From assembly GCA_052034955.1 (NCBI GenBank), contig JBPOHZ010000003.1, positions 659-64,658 of the forward strand: a stretch of DNA of 64,000 bases, given 5' to 3'. Below the pieces are notes generated by a model that worked only from the letters and a program-made list of their open reading frames with translations, was not told where the DNA came from and did no database searches. Of this stretch, positions 20,338-29,371 are shown in pieces. Position 1 is the first letter of the stretch. Each line of letters begins with the position of its first letter. Made by a program: the position numbers and the translations under genes. The DNA comes from Candidatus Saccharimonadota bacterium. Lineage in GTDB: Bacteria > Patescibacteriota > Saccharimonadia > Saccharimonadales > AWTP1-31.

Positions 20338-20859
20338 ATGGCAGCTATCGACGAAACTAGAGGTGAATTAGCATACCCAAGAACCAAAAGGCTTTGGGCT
20401 GGCTTAAACGAATTGGGTATATCTGTCGGGCAGGTACTAATGACGCCCTTTATGCCATTACTTGGACGGCGTGACGCTCGGATGGAGCGCAAATTTGAAG
20501 CTGCCTCACAGGAGTTAATGGCTAAGCTTGGTAGAATCGCCCGCCAAGACGGCGAGATGCATCTAAGAGGTCATGTTGACAATGAAGTATGCAAGATTGG
20601 AGTTAGTTATGTCCACACACCTCCAGGTGGTCCATCTCTTGACATGTTTTCTGTCGACAAAAGGCCAGAGGTCTCGGACTCTCCATATTCCAAAGGGGTT
20701 GATATAATAATCTCAGAGCCCACAGGCACACTGGTGATTGCTGACGGGGTAGGTGTTGATCCATTGGCATTTCGAAGTGACGCAGCGCGATACCTCAAAA
20801 CAGCTTGCCGACAACTAGATGTTGTCTTTCCTGAAACAGAACTTTTAGAAGCCCAATAG
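20338..20859 (+). CDS. Hypothetical protein
   Basis: A 173-aa ORF in co-directional tight spacing. No motif recognised. Confidence 0.55.
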   Translation: MAAIDETRGELAYPRTKRLWAGLNELGISVGQVLMTPFMPLLGRRDARMERKFEAASQELMAKLGRIARQDGEMHLRGHVDNEVCKIGVSYVHTPPGGPSLDMFSVDKRPEVSDSPYSKGVDIIISEPTGTLVIADGVGVDPLAFRSDAARYLKTACRQLDVVFPETELLEAQ

Positions 20860-20862
20860 ATA

Positions 20863-20889
20863 TTGGCACTCTAGCAGGCTTAGTGCTAG
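20863..20889 (+). promoter_or_regulatory. CIRCE-like HrcA operator upstream of hrcA-grpE, overlapping a TAGAAT -10 box
   Basis: TTGGCACTC-N9-TAGTGCTAG, compared with the consensus TTAGCACTC-N9-GAGTGCTAA. The right arm overlaps TAGAAT (20887-20892), 6 nt before the hrcA ATG. Confidence 0.6.
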
Positions 20890-20898
20890 AATGGACTT

Positions 20899-21609
20899 AT
20901 GTTAAGCGACCGACAACAAAGAATCTTACAGTCCATTGTCGAACAATATGCCGAGGTAGCTAGTCCGGTGGGGTCTAGTCTGCTGGCCAAGCTTTTTGGC
21001 GTTTCGTCGGCAACTATACGCTCCGAGATGGCCGAGTTAGAGCGCCACGGCTACATTCATCAACCACATACCAGTGCTGGTCGTATCCCGACCGATAAAG
21101 GATATCGTTATTACGTCAATAATATCGCCGAGGTCGCACCGGAGACTCCGGCGGAACGTCGAGCCGAAAAGGCCTTGGCAACCCGTGTGGCAAGTGGTGG
21201 CGAGAGTGAGCGGGTTATAAAGAACGCTGTCGATACTCTGGTAGACCTTACTCATAATCTTGGCATTGCTACAATTGGTGATCAGCTTTACATGAGCGGA
21301 CTGTCCAACTTATTTGGCCAACCAGAGTTTATGAATACCGGCCAGGTAAAAGAAGTGGCCAGATTACTGGATAACCTCGAACCTTGGCTGTACGAGGCCG
21401 CACCCAACGAACCGCTAAGTGTTTATATCGGACAGGAGAACCCGATTGGACGAAGTGCTGGTTGCTCACTGATAGTTAGTCGCTTCCGTAGCAACTATAG
21501 CGACCGAAGCTACATTGGAGTGTTGGGTCCGACCAGACAAAGTTATCGAGATGTAATGATGTTAGTCCGCCGTACCGGCGAAGCATTGGAGGAAGTATTA
21601 TATGCCTAA
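20899..21609 (+). CDS. hrcA: Heat-inducible transcription repressor HrcA (short form, 236 aa)
   Basis: N-terminal wHTH LSDRQQRILQSIVEQY..VGS..LA...SSATIRSEMAELERHGYIHQPHTSAGRIPTDKGYRYYV. It overlaps grpE by 8 nt. Confidence 0.85.
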   Translation: MLSDRQQRILQSIVEQYAEVASPVGSSLLAKLFGVSSATIRSEMAELERHGYIHQPHTSAGRIPTDKGYRYYVNNIAEVAPETPAERRAEKALATRVASGGESERVIKNAVDTLVDLTHNLGIATIGDQLYMSGLSNLFGQPEFMNTGQVKEVARLLDNLEPWLYEAAPNEPLSVYIGQENPIGRSAGCSLIVSRFRSNYSDRSYIGVLGPTRQSYRDVMMLVRRTGEALEEVLYA

Positions 21610-22081
21610 ATTATCAAAAAAATTAGATCACGACGAAATCAAAGAAGCATTAGCCAAAGAAGTTGCCGATCTTACTGAGGCCCTACAGCGTGAGCGTGCC
21701 GATGCTACTAACATTCGTCGAAGACACGACGAACAGATGGCTGGCCTAAAAAACCTAGTCAAAGCCCAGGTTATAGAGGACTTACTACCGGTTATTGATA
21801 ACTTCGAACGAGCTCTAAAGCATGTTCCCAAAGAACTAGCAGATAATGATTATGTAAAAGGTGTTCAGGGCGTAGTGAAGCAATTCGAAACAACTCTAAG
21901 CAGTATTGGAGTAGAGCGGATTGCGACCGTCGGCCAGCCATTCAATCCGCACCTGCACGAAGCCGTGGCCAGCGAAGAGGGCGAGGGCGACAATGAGTTA
22001 GTCAGCGAAGAACTACAGGCCGGCTACCAAGTCAACGGGACAGTAATCCGGCATGCAATGGTTAAAGTTAAGCGTCAGTAG
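21602..22081 (+). CDS. grpE: Nucleotide exchange factor GrpE
   Basis: Coiled-coil N-terminus, a C-terminal beta domain FNPHLHEAV and ..GY..NG.VIRHAMVKV. It sits in the hrcA-grpE operon context. Confidence 0.9.
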   Translation: MPKLSKKLDHDEIKEALAKEVADLTEALQRERADATNIRRRHDEQMAGLKNLVKAQVIEDLLPVIDNFERALKHVPKELADNDYVKGVQGVVKQFETTLSSIGVERIATVGQPFNPHLHEAVASEEGEGDNELVSEELQAGYQVNGTVIRHAMVKVKRQ

Positions 22082-22083
22082 AT

Positions 22084-23538
22084 CTAGTTCGGAGGATTTA
22101 CAATATACAGACGTTCTTTGGTGAATAGGCCGTCCAATAGGTCGCCATCGGGGTTCGCCTCGCCGGCAATATCGTTGATGCCTAGTCTTGACCATGTAGC
22201 GGCAGTCTTGGGGTTAACAATTCCATCAGTTTCTATACCTATGCCATAGCATCCTGTCTCGCCGATTACTGCTCCGTAATCCCGCAGAGCACGGGCAAAT
22301 ATCTTGGCAGTATTCTTCTTGGCAGCCGACCAAGTAGGCTTGGTTGCCAGCCAGGCATCTATTTGGGAGTCGCCACTACCAAGATTAAGGGCAACTCGGA
22401 GTCCTTCTGGAATCGTTTTTGATCGCTCGGCATTGCCCACGGTAATTGGCCGACCTTCACAGCGCTGGCCGATTCGGTTATTTTCGTTAGAAGCAAACTC
22501 AACTCGCGTCGCTGGCGGCACAAAGAATCCGCAATCGGTACCGGCGCCAGCCGCAGAAGGTCCACTGTTGGGGCTACATTCGGGGGCTCCAAACATCGTT
22601 GAGCTGATTGTTAATTCCAGGGCGTGTCTTATGGCTCCGGAATCTACCTCGTCGGCCCTGGTGACAAGGGCAAGCTTATCTATTCCCATTCCTCTATCGA
22701 CATGGGTTGTCCCATCTTTTACATCGTAAAGGCCACCATATTGTCCATAGGCACCGATACATAAGTGATCGGGGTTATTCTCGTCATAACCGGCTTGAGT
22801 ATTAGGACCGTCCGGAAGAAAGAATAATAGGCTTCGATCTACGCAACTTGACTTTGGCTCGCCAACTACCCAAAGGCCATACTGGTATCCGGTTTGGTAA
22901 TTAACAATTTGTAATATCCGGTCGTTACCGGTACCTGGTTTCCAGCTGTCATTCCATGGAATAGAGTCACCTATTTTATTCCCTGATGTACTAAACCCTT
23001 GCTGGTTCTGTGCCCAGATGGCCTGGAATAACCTAACGTTTTTAGTGGCATCCCTAACATCATAGATTGGTACACTATATGCCTTGAAGTGAACGTTCAC
23101 ATCGCCCGGAGGGGCGGGCAGGCCAGCGTAGTTCCAGAATCTATCACGGTATTGTGCTAGTGGTGAAGAGGGACTGACTGCACCAAACTCCGAAACTGGA
23201 CGGTTCCACGATGCGCTGTCGGCATAGAATCGTCGAAAGGCTGGATTCTGTGCTTCTGCCCCAAAGCGTACTGCCCCGCTATCCGATGCCTGCGTATCGG
23301 ATGCGAATGAGGTTCCGCTCATTACTCCGTCTTCTCCCTGGAAGCTGGCTGAGTTGTTAGCCGCCTTGGTGGATACCAGAATGATTACACCTACTAGAAC
23401 GAAAGAAAGGATGATGATTAGCGTCCTGCCAACTGAGCTACTCAGTAGTCTCGGAATGCGTCTATCTGAATGCCTATGCTGCATGGCTTTTGACTTTCTG
23501 TTTCTCATCTTTTGATGAATCCGCTTAGCTTTTAACAT
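22084..23538 (-). CDS. Membrane-anchored secreted protein of unknown function
   Basis: A basic N-terminus plus one TM helix (LIIILSFVLVGVIILV). A short CBM-like segment (FQGEDGVMSGTSFASD..SGAVRFG). The remainder is unrecognised. Confidence 0.65.
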   Translation of the reverse strand: MLKAKRIHQKMRNRKSKAMQHRHSDRRIPRLLSSSVGRTLIIILSFVLVGVIILVSTKAANNSASFQGEDGVMSGTSFASDTQASDSGAVRFGAEAQNPAFRRFYADSASWNRPVSEFGAVSPSSPLAQYRDRFWNYAGLPAPPGDVNVHFKAYSVPIYDVRDATKNVRLFQAIWAQNQQGFSTSGNKIGDSIPWNDSWKPGTGNDRILQIVNYQTGYQYGLWVVGEPKSSCVDRSLLFFLPDGPNTQAGYDENNPDHLCIGAYGQYGGLYDVKDGTTHVDRGMGIDKLALVTRADEVDSGAIRHALELTISSTMFGAPECSPNSGPSAAGAGTDCGFFVPPATRVEFASNENNRIGQRCEGRPITVGNAERSKTIPEGLRVALNLGSGDSQIDAWLATKPTWSAAKKNTAKIFARALRDYGAVIGETGCYGIGIETDGIVNPKTAATWSRLGINDIAGEANPDGDLLDGLFTKERLYIVNPPN

Positions 23539-23611
23539 TAATATGTAGTAAGTATAGCTTAATTTTGTGCATAATCTGTACCATAAGCAATATTTAGGCT
23601 AGTATATATTT

Positions 23612-25243
23612 ATGCGTCGTATAACTCGACATTTATACATCTTATTCATCTTTGCCTTAGCAGCAGTTGGGTTTGGTTTGGTGTCGGCTAGTAAAGCACA
23701 GGCCGCCAGTGGTCCATGCGCCAACACTGAGTTTGGGTACGTTTCCTATAACAATATATCTATGCCTGGCCCGGGCGCTGGCAACTATCGCGTATGGGCA
23801 AGAATCAAGATGCCTACCGGGTCTACCAACAACAACTTCAAACTAGAAGTAGATGGCGCTAACTGTTACACCATGGGAGGAGCATCAGTTCCTTCTAACC
23901 AGTGGACATGGGTAGATTTCGAGACTAACAATGCAAAAGTAACCCTAAACAACTTTGCTGCTGGACCTCATAATTTCCGTGCCGTTGGTACCGGAGAAGG
24001 CCTGCTGTTAGACAGGGTAATCTTTACTCAGGATACGGCCGCTGGCGGCAACTGTGGGCCACCCCAGGGCACTGGTAATGATTGTGCCGATCCACCTGAT
24101 ACTACTCCGCCAGTCATTAATCTAACTGGACCAGCTGCATCACCAGCAACTATCAAAGACACTGTTAATGTAACAGCAACTGCATCAGACAATGGAACTA
24201 TAGCCAAGATTGACTTCTTTGTAGATGGTGTCGACAAGGGTGACTTCCCGTTATCAAGTGGTTCGCCATACTCCTTTAGCTGGAACACTAAGACATCTGG
24301 CGTAAGTGATGGACCACATACAATCAAGGTCAGGGTGACAGATGGTATGGGCCTAACGTCAGAATCTAGCCGAAGCGTAATAGTGGCCAATGGAAAGCCA
24401 GATCTTAGAGTAACGGCGATTGGTAAATCTCCTGCTGTTGTCAACGCTGGTGTGCCGGTAACCTTTAACGCCACGATAAAGAACTATGGCTCAGTTGACT
24501 CGGTGCCTGGCAATGTCGAATTCTCGCTGACTAATTCCCAGGGTAATGTCACTATATTAGGCACCGCTACCAGTTCAAACCAGATAACTGGCGGTGGAAT
24601 CGATACCGAGGTTATTACTTTATCTTCTCCAACCTGGACTTCAGTAGCTGGTTCTTGGACAGTTACCGCCAAAGTAGATAGCGGATCGGCAATTTCCGAA
24701 GCTTACAGTGACATAGATGCCGAAGCAAACAACACATTAACTCAGAACTTTACAGTTGGAGTTGTTGATAATACCGATCCAGTAGTAGACATCACTTATC
24801 CATCCGGAGGTGATACATTAACGGGTAGCAAGACTCTTACAGCTACAGCAACAGATATCGGCGGAACAGGTGTATCATCGGTAGTCTTCTATGATGGAAT
24901 CGCCCAACTTGGTACTGGTGTTAAGACTGGTACAAATTATGGATTGATTTGGGATACAAAAACTACCGGTAATGGAAGTCATGTTATCAAGGCGGTTGCC
25001 ACCGATGCCAAGGGCAATACTAGTGAAGATACTGTGACGATTACCGTCGACAATCAGGTAGTGTCCGCCTCTCCATGGGACATGGATGGTGATAATGACG
25101 TCGACATGAAGGATGTCCTTAAATTCCGAAGAAACTGGCTCAAGTCTCCTGCCACCAGGGAAGAGGGCGATTTCGATGGCAATAATAAGGTGGATCTAAG
25201 AGATTTTCTAAAATTCAATAAGTACTGGACGGGACCAAGATGA
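23612..25243 (+). CDS. Secreted multidomain protein (lectin/CBM-like, Ig-like x2, CARDB-like) ending in a type-I-dockerin-like double EF-hand
   Basis: Signal peptide ..SKAQA. Ig-like modules (DNGTIAKIDFFVDG.., TDIGGTGVSSVVFYDG..). CARDB-like PDLRVTAIG..NAGVPVTFNATIKNYG. C-terminal DMDGDNDVDMKDVLKF...GDFDGNNKVDLRDFLKF (nt 25079-25228). Confidence 0.8.
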   Translation: MRRITRHLYILFIFALAAVGFGLVSASKAQAASGPCANTEFGYVSYNNISMPGPGAGNYRVWARIKMPTGSTNNNFKLEVDGANCYTMGGASVPSNQWTWVDFETNNAKVTLNNFAAGPHNFRAVGTGEGLLLDRVIFTQDTAAGGNCGPPQGTGNDCADPPDTTPPVINLTGPAASPATIKDTVNVTATASDNGTIAKIDFFVDGVDKGDFPLSSGSPYSFSWNTKTSGVSDGPHTIKVRVTDGMGLTSESSRSVIVANGKPDLRVTAIGKSPAVVNAGVPVTFNATIKNYGSVDSVPGNVEFSLTNSQGNVTILGTATSSNQITGGGIDTEVITLSSPTWTSVAGSWTVTAKVDSGSAISEAYSDIDAEANNTLTQNFTVGVVDNTDPVVDITYPSGGDTLTGSKTLTATATDIGGTGVSSVVFYDGIAQLGTGVKTGTNYGLIWDTKTTGNGSHVIKAVATDAKGNTSEDTVTITVDNQVVSASPWDMDGDNDVDMKDVLKFRRNWLKSPATREEGDFDGNNKVDLRDFLKFNKYWTGPR

Positions 25244-26598
25244 AAATAAAAAGTAAGTTTAATCCATTAAAAACCCTAAAACAACTATTAGTAATTGCCG
25301 TAGTTGTTGGACTTACCCTCTCTGTAAAAAGCTCCAGTGCAGCAACTACTGCAACTCTGACCATCGATCCTTCGAGCGGAACAAAAACCAAGGGTTCAAG
25401 CTTTTCGGTAACGGTCTACGAATCAAGTAGTGAGCCGGTCGTTGGAGTTCAGTCTAACTTAACTTATGATGCCAACCAATTGCAGCTAACCATGTTAGAT
25501 ACATCAGTTGGTAAGTTCCCAGAATGCCCTGATACCAATTACGGCGGCGGTGTCGTTACAATCGGTTGCGCAAAACTAAGCGGTACAAACACTGGTAAAG
25601 TAGCTGTTGCACGAATTACCTTTAAGGTATTAGGTAGCTCCGGCAAGACGGCCATAAACTTCTCTTCATCCTCCGAGGTATATGCTAACGATGATAACAA
25701 CACTGACATTTGGAATGGTGATGCTGATGGCGCACTATATACATTAGCCAATATCCCTAGCAGCGGCGGATCAGGTGGCGGAAGCTCATCTGGTGGCGGA
25801 TCATCGAGTAATAGCGGTTCAGGTGGCGGAAGCTCATCTGGCGGCGGATCATCGAGCGGTGGCACCAAGAAATCAACAAGTAAATCATCCACAAAAGATA
25901 ATCAGTCAGACACCTCGGATGTTGTTCCCGAGATAGTCTCGAATGGATCTGTTGAGGTTTATGTTACAGACGCCAATGGCCGTGCGGTGGCTGGTGCCAA
26001 AGTCTTGATAGATCAGAACACCTCTCTTACCGATTCACAGGGAATAGCATCGTTTGCAAGCCTTGCCCCCGGCAAGTACAAAGTAAAGGTAGAGGCTGCC
26101 AATGGTACTGCCAATACCTCGATAACTGTTAGTGGAAATTCTACGGATGTACAAAGGCTTGATGTCAAAATAAAGAAACCAATCAATTTCTTGCTGTACG
26201 CCGGTATAGTCCTAATACTTATCCTAATAGGAGTTCTGTATACATTGCTAAAGCGCTGGAAACAGAAGAAGAACGAGCATTCCCATAGATTCGCAGCCAT
26301 GGATACCAGTCCTGTGGTGACCGACATGTCTCACGGGCCAAAGGCTATCAATGATAGTGCTGCAGCGGTTGTTACTCCTGGTTCAGCCTCAAGAGAGCCA
26401 GAGCCAGAAGAAATAGAACCAAAAGATATGAAACCAGAAGAAATCAAGCCTGTTCCCGAAGAGCCAAAGGAAAAAGAAGATGTTCGTCCTGGCGATACAC
26501 TATCGGAAATCGAACGTAAGGTTGGCGCCAAGAAGGGGGTCCATCACACTGCTGATGCGGCTGACTTTACTCCCAACTTAATAAAGCCCAAAAAATAA
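25240..26598 (+). CDS. Membrane-anchored cohesin-domain protein (cohesin, G/S linker, CarboxypepD_reg-like sandwich, TM, acidic P/E/K tail)
   Basis: The start overlaps the upstream stop (ATGA). Signal peptide. Cohesin-like ATLTIDPSSG..FSVTVY....VVGVQSNLTYDANQLQL...ARITFKVLG. TM helix at about nt 26181-26250. The cytoplasmic tail is EPEPEEIEPKDMKPEEIKPVPEEPKEKE. Confidence 0.8.
   Translation: MKIKSKFNPLKTLKQLLVIAVVVGLTLSVKSSSAATTATLTIDPSSGTKTKGSSFSVTVYESSSEPVVGVQSNLTYDANQLQLTMLDTSVGKFPECPDTNYGGGVVTIGCAKLSGTNTGKVAVARITFKVLGSSGKTAINFSSSSEVYANDDNNTDIWNGDADGALYTLANIPSSGGSGGGSSSGGGSSSNSGSGGGSSSGGGSSSGGTKKSTSKSSTKDNQSDTSDVVPEIVSNGSVEVYVTDANGRAVAGAKVLIDQNTSLTDSQGIASFASLAPGKYKVKVEAANGTANTSITVSGNSTDVQRLDVKIKKPINFLLYAGIVLILILIGVLYTLLKRWKQKKNEHSHRFAAMDTSPVVTDMSHGPKAINDSAAAVVTPGSASREPEPEEIEPKDMKPEEIKPVPEEPKEKEDVRPGDTLSEIERKVGAKKGVHHTADAADFTPNLIKPKK
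25768..25863 (+). repeat. Tandem 48-nt direct repeat (2 copies) encoding the Gly/Ser linker of the cohesin protein
   Basis: Unit 1 is 25768-25815 and unit 2 is 25816-25863. They differ at only a few positions. They encode GSGGGSSSGGGSS(SNS/SGG). Confidence 0.85.
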
Positions 26599-26613
26599 TT
26601 GATAGTAAAATAG

Positions 26614-26640
26614 TTGGCACTCTTGACATTAGAGTGCCAA
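26614..26640 (+). promoter_or_regulatory. CIRCE operator 1 upstream of dnaK (perfect inverted repeat); may double as the terminator of the cohesin gene
   Basis: TTGGCACTC-TTGACATTA-GAGTGCCAA has perfect 9-bp arms and a 9-nt spacer, and is followed by TTTTT. The spacer contains TTGACA. Confidence 0.85.
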
Positions 26641-26652
26641 TTTTTGTATGAT
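26623..26652 (+). promoter_or_regulatory. Putative sigma70-type dnaK promoter (-35 TTGACA, 18-nt spacer, -10 TATGAT)
   Basis: TTGACA at 26623-26628 lies inside the CIRCE-1 spacer. TATGAT is at 26647-26652. dnaK has an AGGAG SD at 26711-26715. Confidence 0.55.
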
Positions 26653-26661
26653 ATACTTGTA

Positions 26662-26688
26662 TTAGCACTCTACTAGGGTAACTGCTAA
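26662..26688 (+). promoter_or_regulatory. CIRCE operator 2 (imperfect) in the dnaK leader
   Basis: TTAGCACTC-N9-AACTGCTAA. The left arm matches the consensus and the right arm has 2 mismatches to GAGTGCTAA. Confidence 0.6.
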
Positions 26689-26724
26689 ACAATAGTTTAA
26701 ATCAGTATAAGGAGAATCTATTTT

Positions 26725-28629
26725 ATGGGTAAAATTATCGGAATTGACCTAGGAACAACCAACTCAGCAATGGCTGTAATGCAGTCAGGTAAGCCAGAAA
26801 TCATCGCCAACTCAGAAGGTGCGCGCACCACTCCGAGCGTTGTGGCTCTAAACAAAAACGAAGAACGACTTGTCGGCCAGGTGGCCCGTCGTCAGATGGT
26901 TACTAACCCGTCTAACACTATTTATGAAGTAAAACGACTTATCGGGCGAAGCTGGGAAGACAAAGAAGTTCAGCGCGACCTTAAGCTCATGGGATACGAG
27001 ATTGTTAAGTCTGGAAAAGCCGTAAAGGTTAAGATGGGCGACAAAGAGTACAGTCCCGAAGAAGTTAGCGCCATGATCCTTAGCAAGCTTAAGGCCGATG
27101 CCGAGGCCTTTACTGGAGGACCTGTCACCGAAGCGGTAATCACTGTGCCTGCTTACTTTGACGACTCACAAAGACAGGCTACTAAAGATGCTGGTAAGAT
27201 TGCCGGTCTAGAAGTAAAGCGTATTATTAACGAACCAACTGCCGCAGCACTAGCTTACGGATTAGACAAGGGAAGCAAGTCTGACGAAAAGATCGCTGTC
27301 TTCGACCTTGGTGGTGGTACCTTCGATGTATCTATTCTAGAGCTTGGTGATGGCGTCTTTGAGGTAAAGAGCACTAACGGTGACACACACTTAGGTGGTG
27401 CCGACTTTGACCGTGTAATTGTTAACTATCTTGCTGATGAATTCAAAAAAGATAGCGGCGTAAGCGTCGTCGATGACAAGGCTGCTATGCAACGACTTCG
27501 TGACGAAGCCGAAAAAGCTAAGATCGAACTATCTACCACCAAAGAAGTGGACATTAACCTTCCATTCCTAACAGCTGATGCTGATGGTCCAAAGCACTTC
27601 GAACATAAGCTTACTCGAGCTCAGTTAGAGAAGTTGGTAGGCGACTTAATTGACAAAACAGCTACTCCATGCGAAAAGGCACTTAAAGACGCTAAGCTAA
27701 AGGCCAGTGACATTGATGCTGTAGTTTTGGTTGGTGGTATGACCCGAATGCCAGCAGTCGTCGAAAAAGTTAAAAAAATATTTGGTAAAGACCCAATGCA
27801 AGGCGTCAACCCTGACGAAGTTGTGGCTATTGGTGCCGCTATCCAGGGTGGAGTACTGCAAGGTGATGTCAAAGACGTGCTGCTGCTAGATGTAACTCCA
27901 TTATCTCTTGGTATCGAAACCCTAGGTGGTGTAGCTACAAAGCTTATCGAACGCAACACTACAATCCCTTCAAGCAAGAGCGAAGTGTTTAGTACGGCTG
28001 CCGACAACCAAAACCAGGTAGAGATTCACGTTGTCCAGGGCGAACGAGAATTTGTTAACGATAACAAATCGCTAGGTCGCTTTGTACTGGATGGTATTCC
28101 ACCAGCACCTCGTGGCGTTCCTCAGATTGAGGTAACCTTTAACCTTGACGCCAACGGTATTCTTAACGTAACTGCCAAAGACAAAGGTTCGGGTAAGGAG
28201 CAAACCATTACTATCCAGGGTTCAAGCGGTCTTAGTAAAGAAGAGGTCGAGAAGATGGCTAAAGAAGCCGAAGCTCACGCCGAAGAAGACAAGAAAAAGC
28301 GTGAAGGCATCGATGCCAAGAATACTCTGGACGGAGCTATTTACCAGGCCGAAAAGATGAAGACCGATAACAAGGATAAAATCTCCGAAGAAGATGCCAA
28401 GAAGATCGACGAGGCTGTCGAGGCTGCCAAGAAGGTCTTGGCCGACGAGAAAGCTGATAGTGAGTCGTACGAAAAAGCTGCCAAAGAACTAACTGAAGCG
28501 ATTATGCCTATTGGTGCTAAAATGTACGAAGATGCTGCAAAAGAAGAATCTTCTGACGACAGCGACAAAAAAGACGACAAAGACGAACCAGTAGAAGGCG
28601 AAGTCGTCGACGATAAAAAGGAGAAATAA
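26725..28629 (+). CDS. dnaK: Chaperone DnaK (Hsp70)
   Basis: [29 protein letters not shown] and an acidic C-terminal tail. Length 634 aa. Confidence 0.98.
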   Translation: MGKIIGIDLGTTNSAMAVMQSGKPEIIANSEGARTTPSVVALNKNEERLVGQVARRQMVTNPSNTIYEVKRLIGRSWEDKEVQRDLKLMGYEIVKSGKAVKVKMGDKEYSPEEVSAMILSKLKADAEAFTGGPVTEAVITVPAYFDDSQRQATKDAGKIAGLEVKRIINEPTAAALAYGLDKGSKSDEKIAVFDLGGGTFDVSILELGDGVFEVKSTNGDTHLGGADFDRVIVNYLADEFKKDSGVSVVDDKAAMQRLRDEAEKAKIELSTTKEVDINLPFLTADADGPKHFEHKLTRAQLEKLVGDLIDKTATPCEKALKDAKLKASDIDAVVLVGGMTRMPAVVEKVKKIFGKDPMQGVNPDEVVAIGAAIQGGVLQGDVKDVLLLDVTPLSLGIETLGGVATKLIERNTTIPSSKSEVFSTAADNQNQVEIHVVQGEREFVNDNKSLGRFVLDGIPPAPRGVPQIEVTFNLDANGILNVTAKDKGSGKEQTITIQGSSGLSKEEVEKMAKEAEAHAEEDKKKREGIDAKNTLDGAIYQAEKMKTDNKDKISEEDAKKIDEAVEAAKKVLADEKADSESYEKAAKELTEAIMPIGAKMYEDAAKEESSDDSDKKDDKDEPVEGEVVDDKKEK

Positions 28630-29042
28630 TGCCAAACGACGGTCCCAAAGAGGCTATCCCACACGCCGATCCAATTGATCCAATTGAGCAGTTAGACGCC
28701 GATAACGCAGCCAGACTAGCCCAAGAGGGCGGTGACTATACCGAGCCATTAAGTGTTGATCAGCTAAATGCACAGTATGATCAAACTGAAACCCAACCAA
28801 TCCAGCCAGCAACTGCGGAGTCAGAACACCATGCTCCTATAATTCAAGATGCTCCTGCAGCAAAGCCCGCTCCAGTATCGGCTGTCTCAACAGATAGAGT
28901 TACTAATGGACCATTAAAAGACTTGGGTGATCAGCTAGTTGCGAGCATAGAACTAGCTGCGGGCATAGATAAAAACCCGCAATTGGTTAATCAGGCACCG
29001 AAAAGCTGGCGTAATCTTTTTGGCCTGATCAAGCGCAAATAG
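28629..29042 (+). CDS. Hypothetical acidic/Pro-rich protein inserted between dnaK and dnaJ
   Basis: The start overlaps the dnaK stop (TAATG). The 137-aa sequence is low-complexity and disordered-looking. Confidence 0.5.
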   Translation: MPNDGPKEAIPHADPIDPIEQLDADNAARLAQEGGDYTEPLSVDQLNAQYDQTETQPIQPATAESEHHAPIIQDAPAAKPAPVSAVSTDRVTNGPLKDLGDQLVASIELAAGIDKNPQLVNQAPKSWRNLFGLIKRK

Positions 29043-29049
29043 GTTCTAA

Positions 29050-29295
29050 ATGACCGTTGAGCAACCTCCAGAAAATAGTTGGTCAGAAGCCGACGACGTG
29101 CTGTATCGGCAGGAGATTACATTAGCTAATGACCCTTTAACTACCTATGGACCACTCCGTGGAGTTAGGATTATGTTGGTTGGTGCTATAGAAAGATCTC
29201 ACGATCCGGAAGCTAGCGAGACATTTGGCAGCAATATGGTTAGGTTGATTGAAGATATAGCAAAGGTTATGGGCTCATGGAGGCAGGGGAAATAA
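29050..29295 (+). CDS. Hypothetical small protein (81 aa)
   Basis: An ORF 7 nt after the previous stop, co-directional with the operon. No motif recognised. Confidence 0.5.
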   Translation: MTVEQPPENSWSEADDVLYRQEITLANDPLTTYGPLRGVRIMLVGAIERSHDPEASETFGSNMVRLIEDIAKVMGSWRQGK

Positions 29296-29334
29296 TCAAG
29301 TTGGTAAAGGATACGCAAAAGGAAATACAGCAAC

Positions 29335-29361
29335 CTGGCACTCCGAATGCCTAACTGCTAG
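29335..29361 (+). promoter_or_regulatory. Degenerate CIRCE-like element overlapping the TAGAAT -10 box upstream of dnaJ
   Basis: CTGGCACTC-N9-AACTGCTAG. The right arm is weak but has the same geometry as the hrcA site. TAGAAT is at 29359-29364, 7 nt before the dnaJ ATG. Confidence 0.4.
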
Positions 29362-29371
29362 AATATATACG

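Noticed and set aside
12104-23588. Identical 12-mer TGTACCATAAGC in the two divergent promoter regions upstream of 12149 and 23612 (12104-12115 and 23577-23588), as a shared regulator site.
   Set aside because: A rough estimate, pairs of positions divided by 4^12, gives on the order of one chance 12-mer match even among intergenic DNA alone, and over a hundred window-wide. There is no dyad symmetry. It may simply be a TGTACCAT -10-like box.
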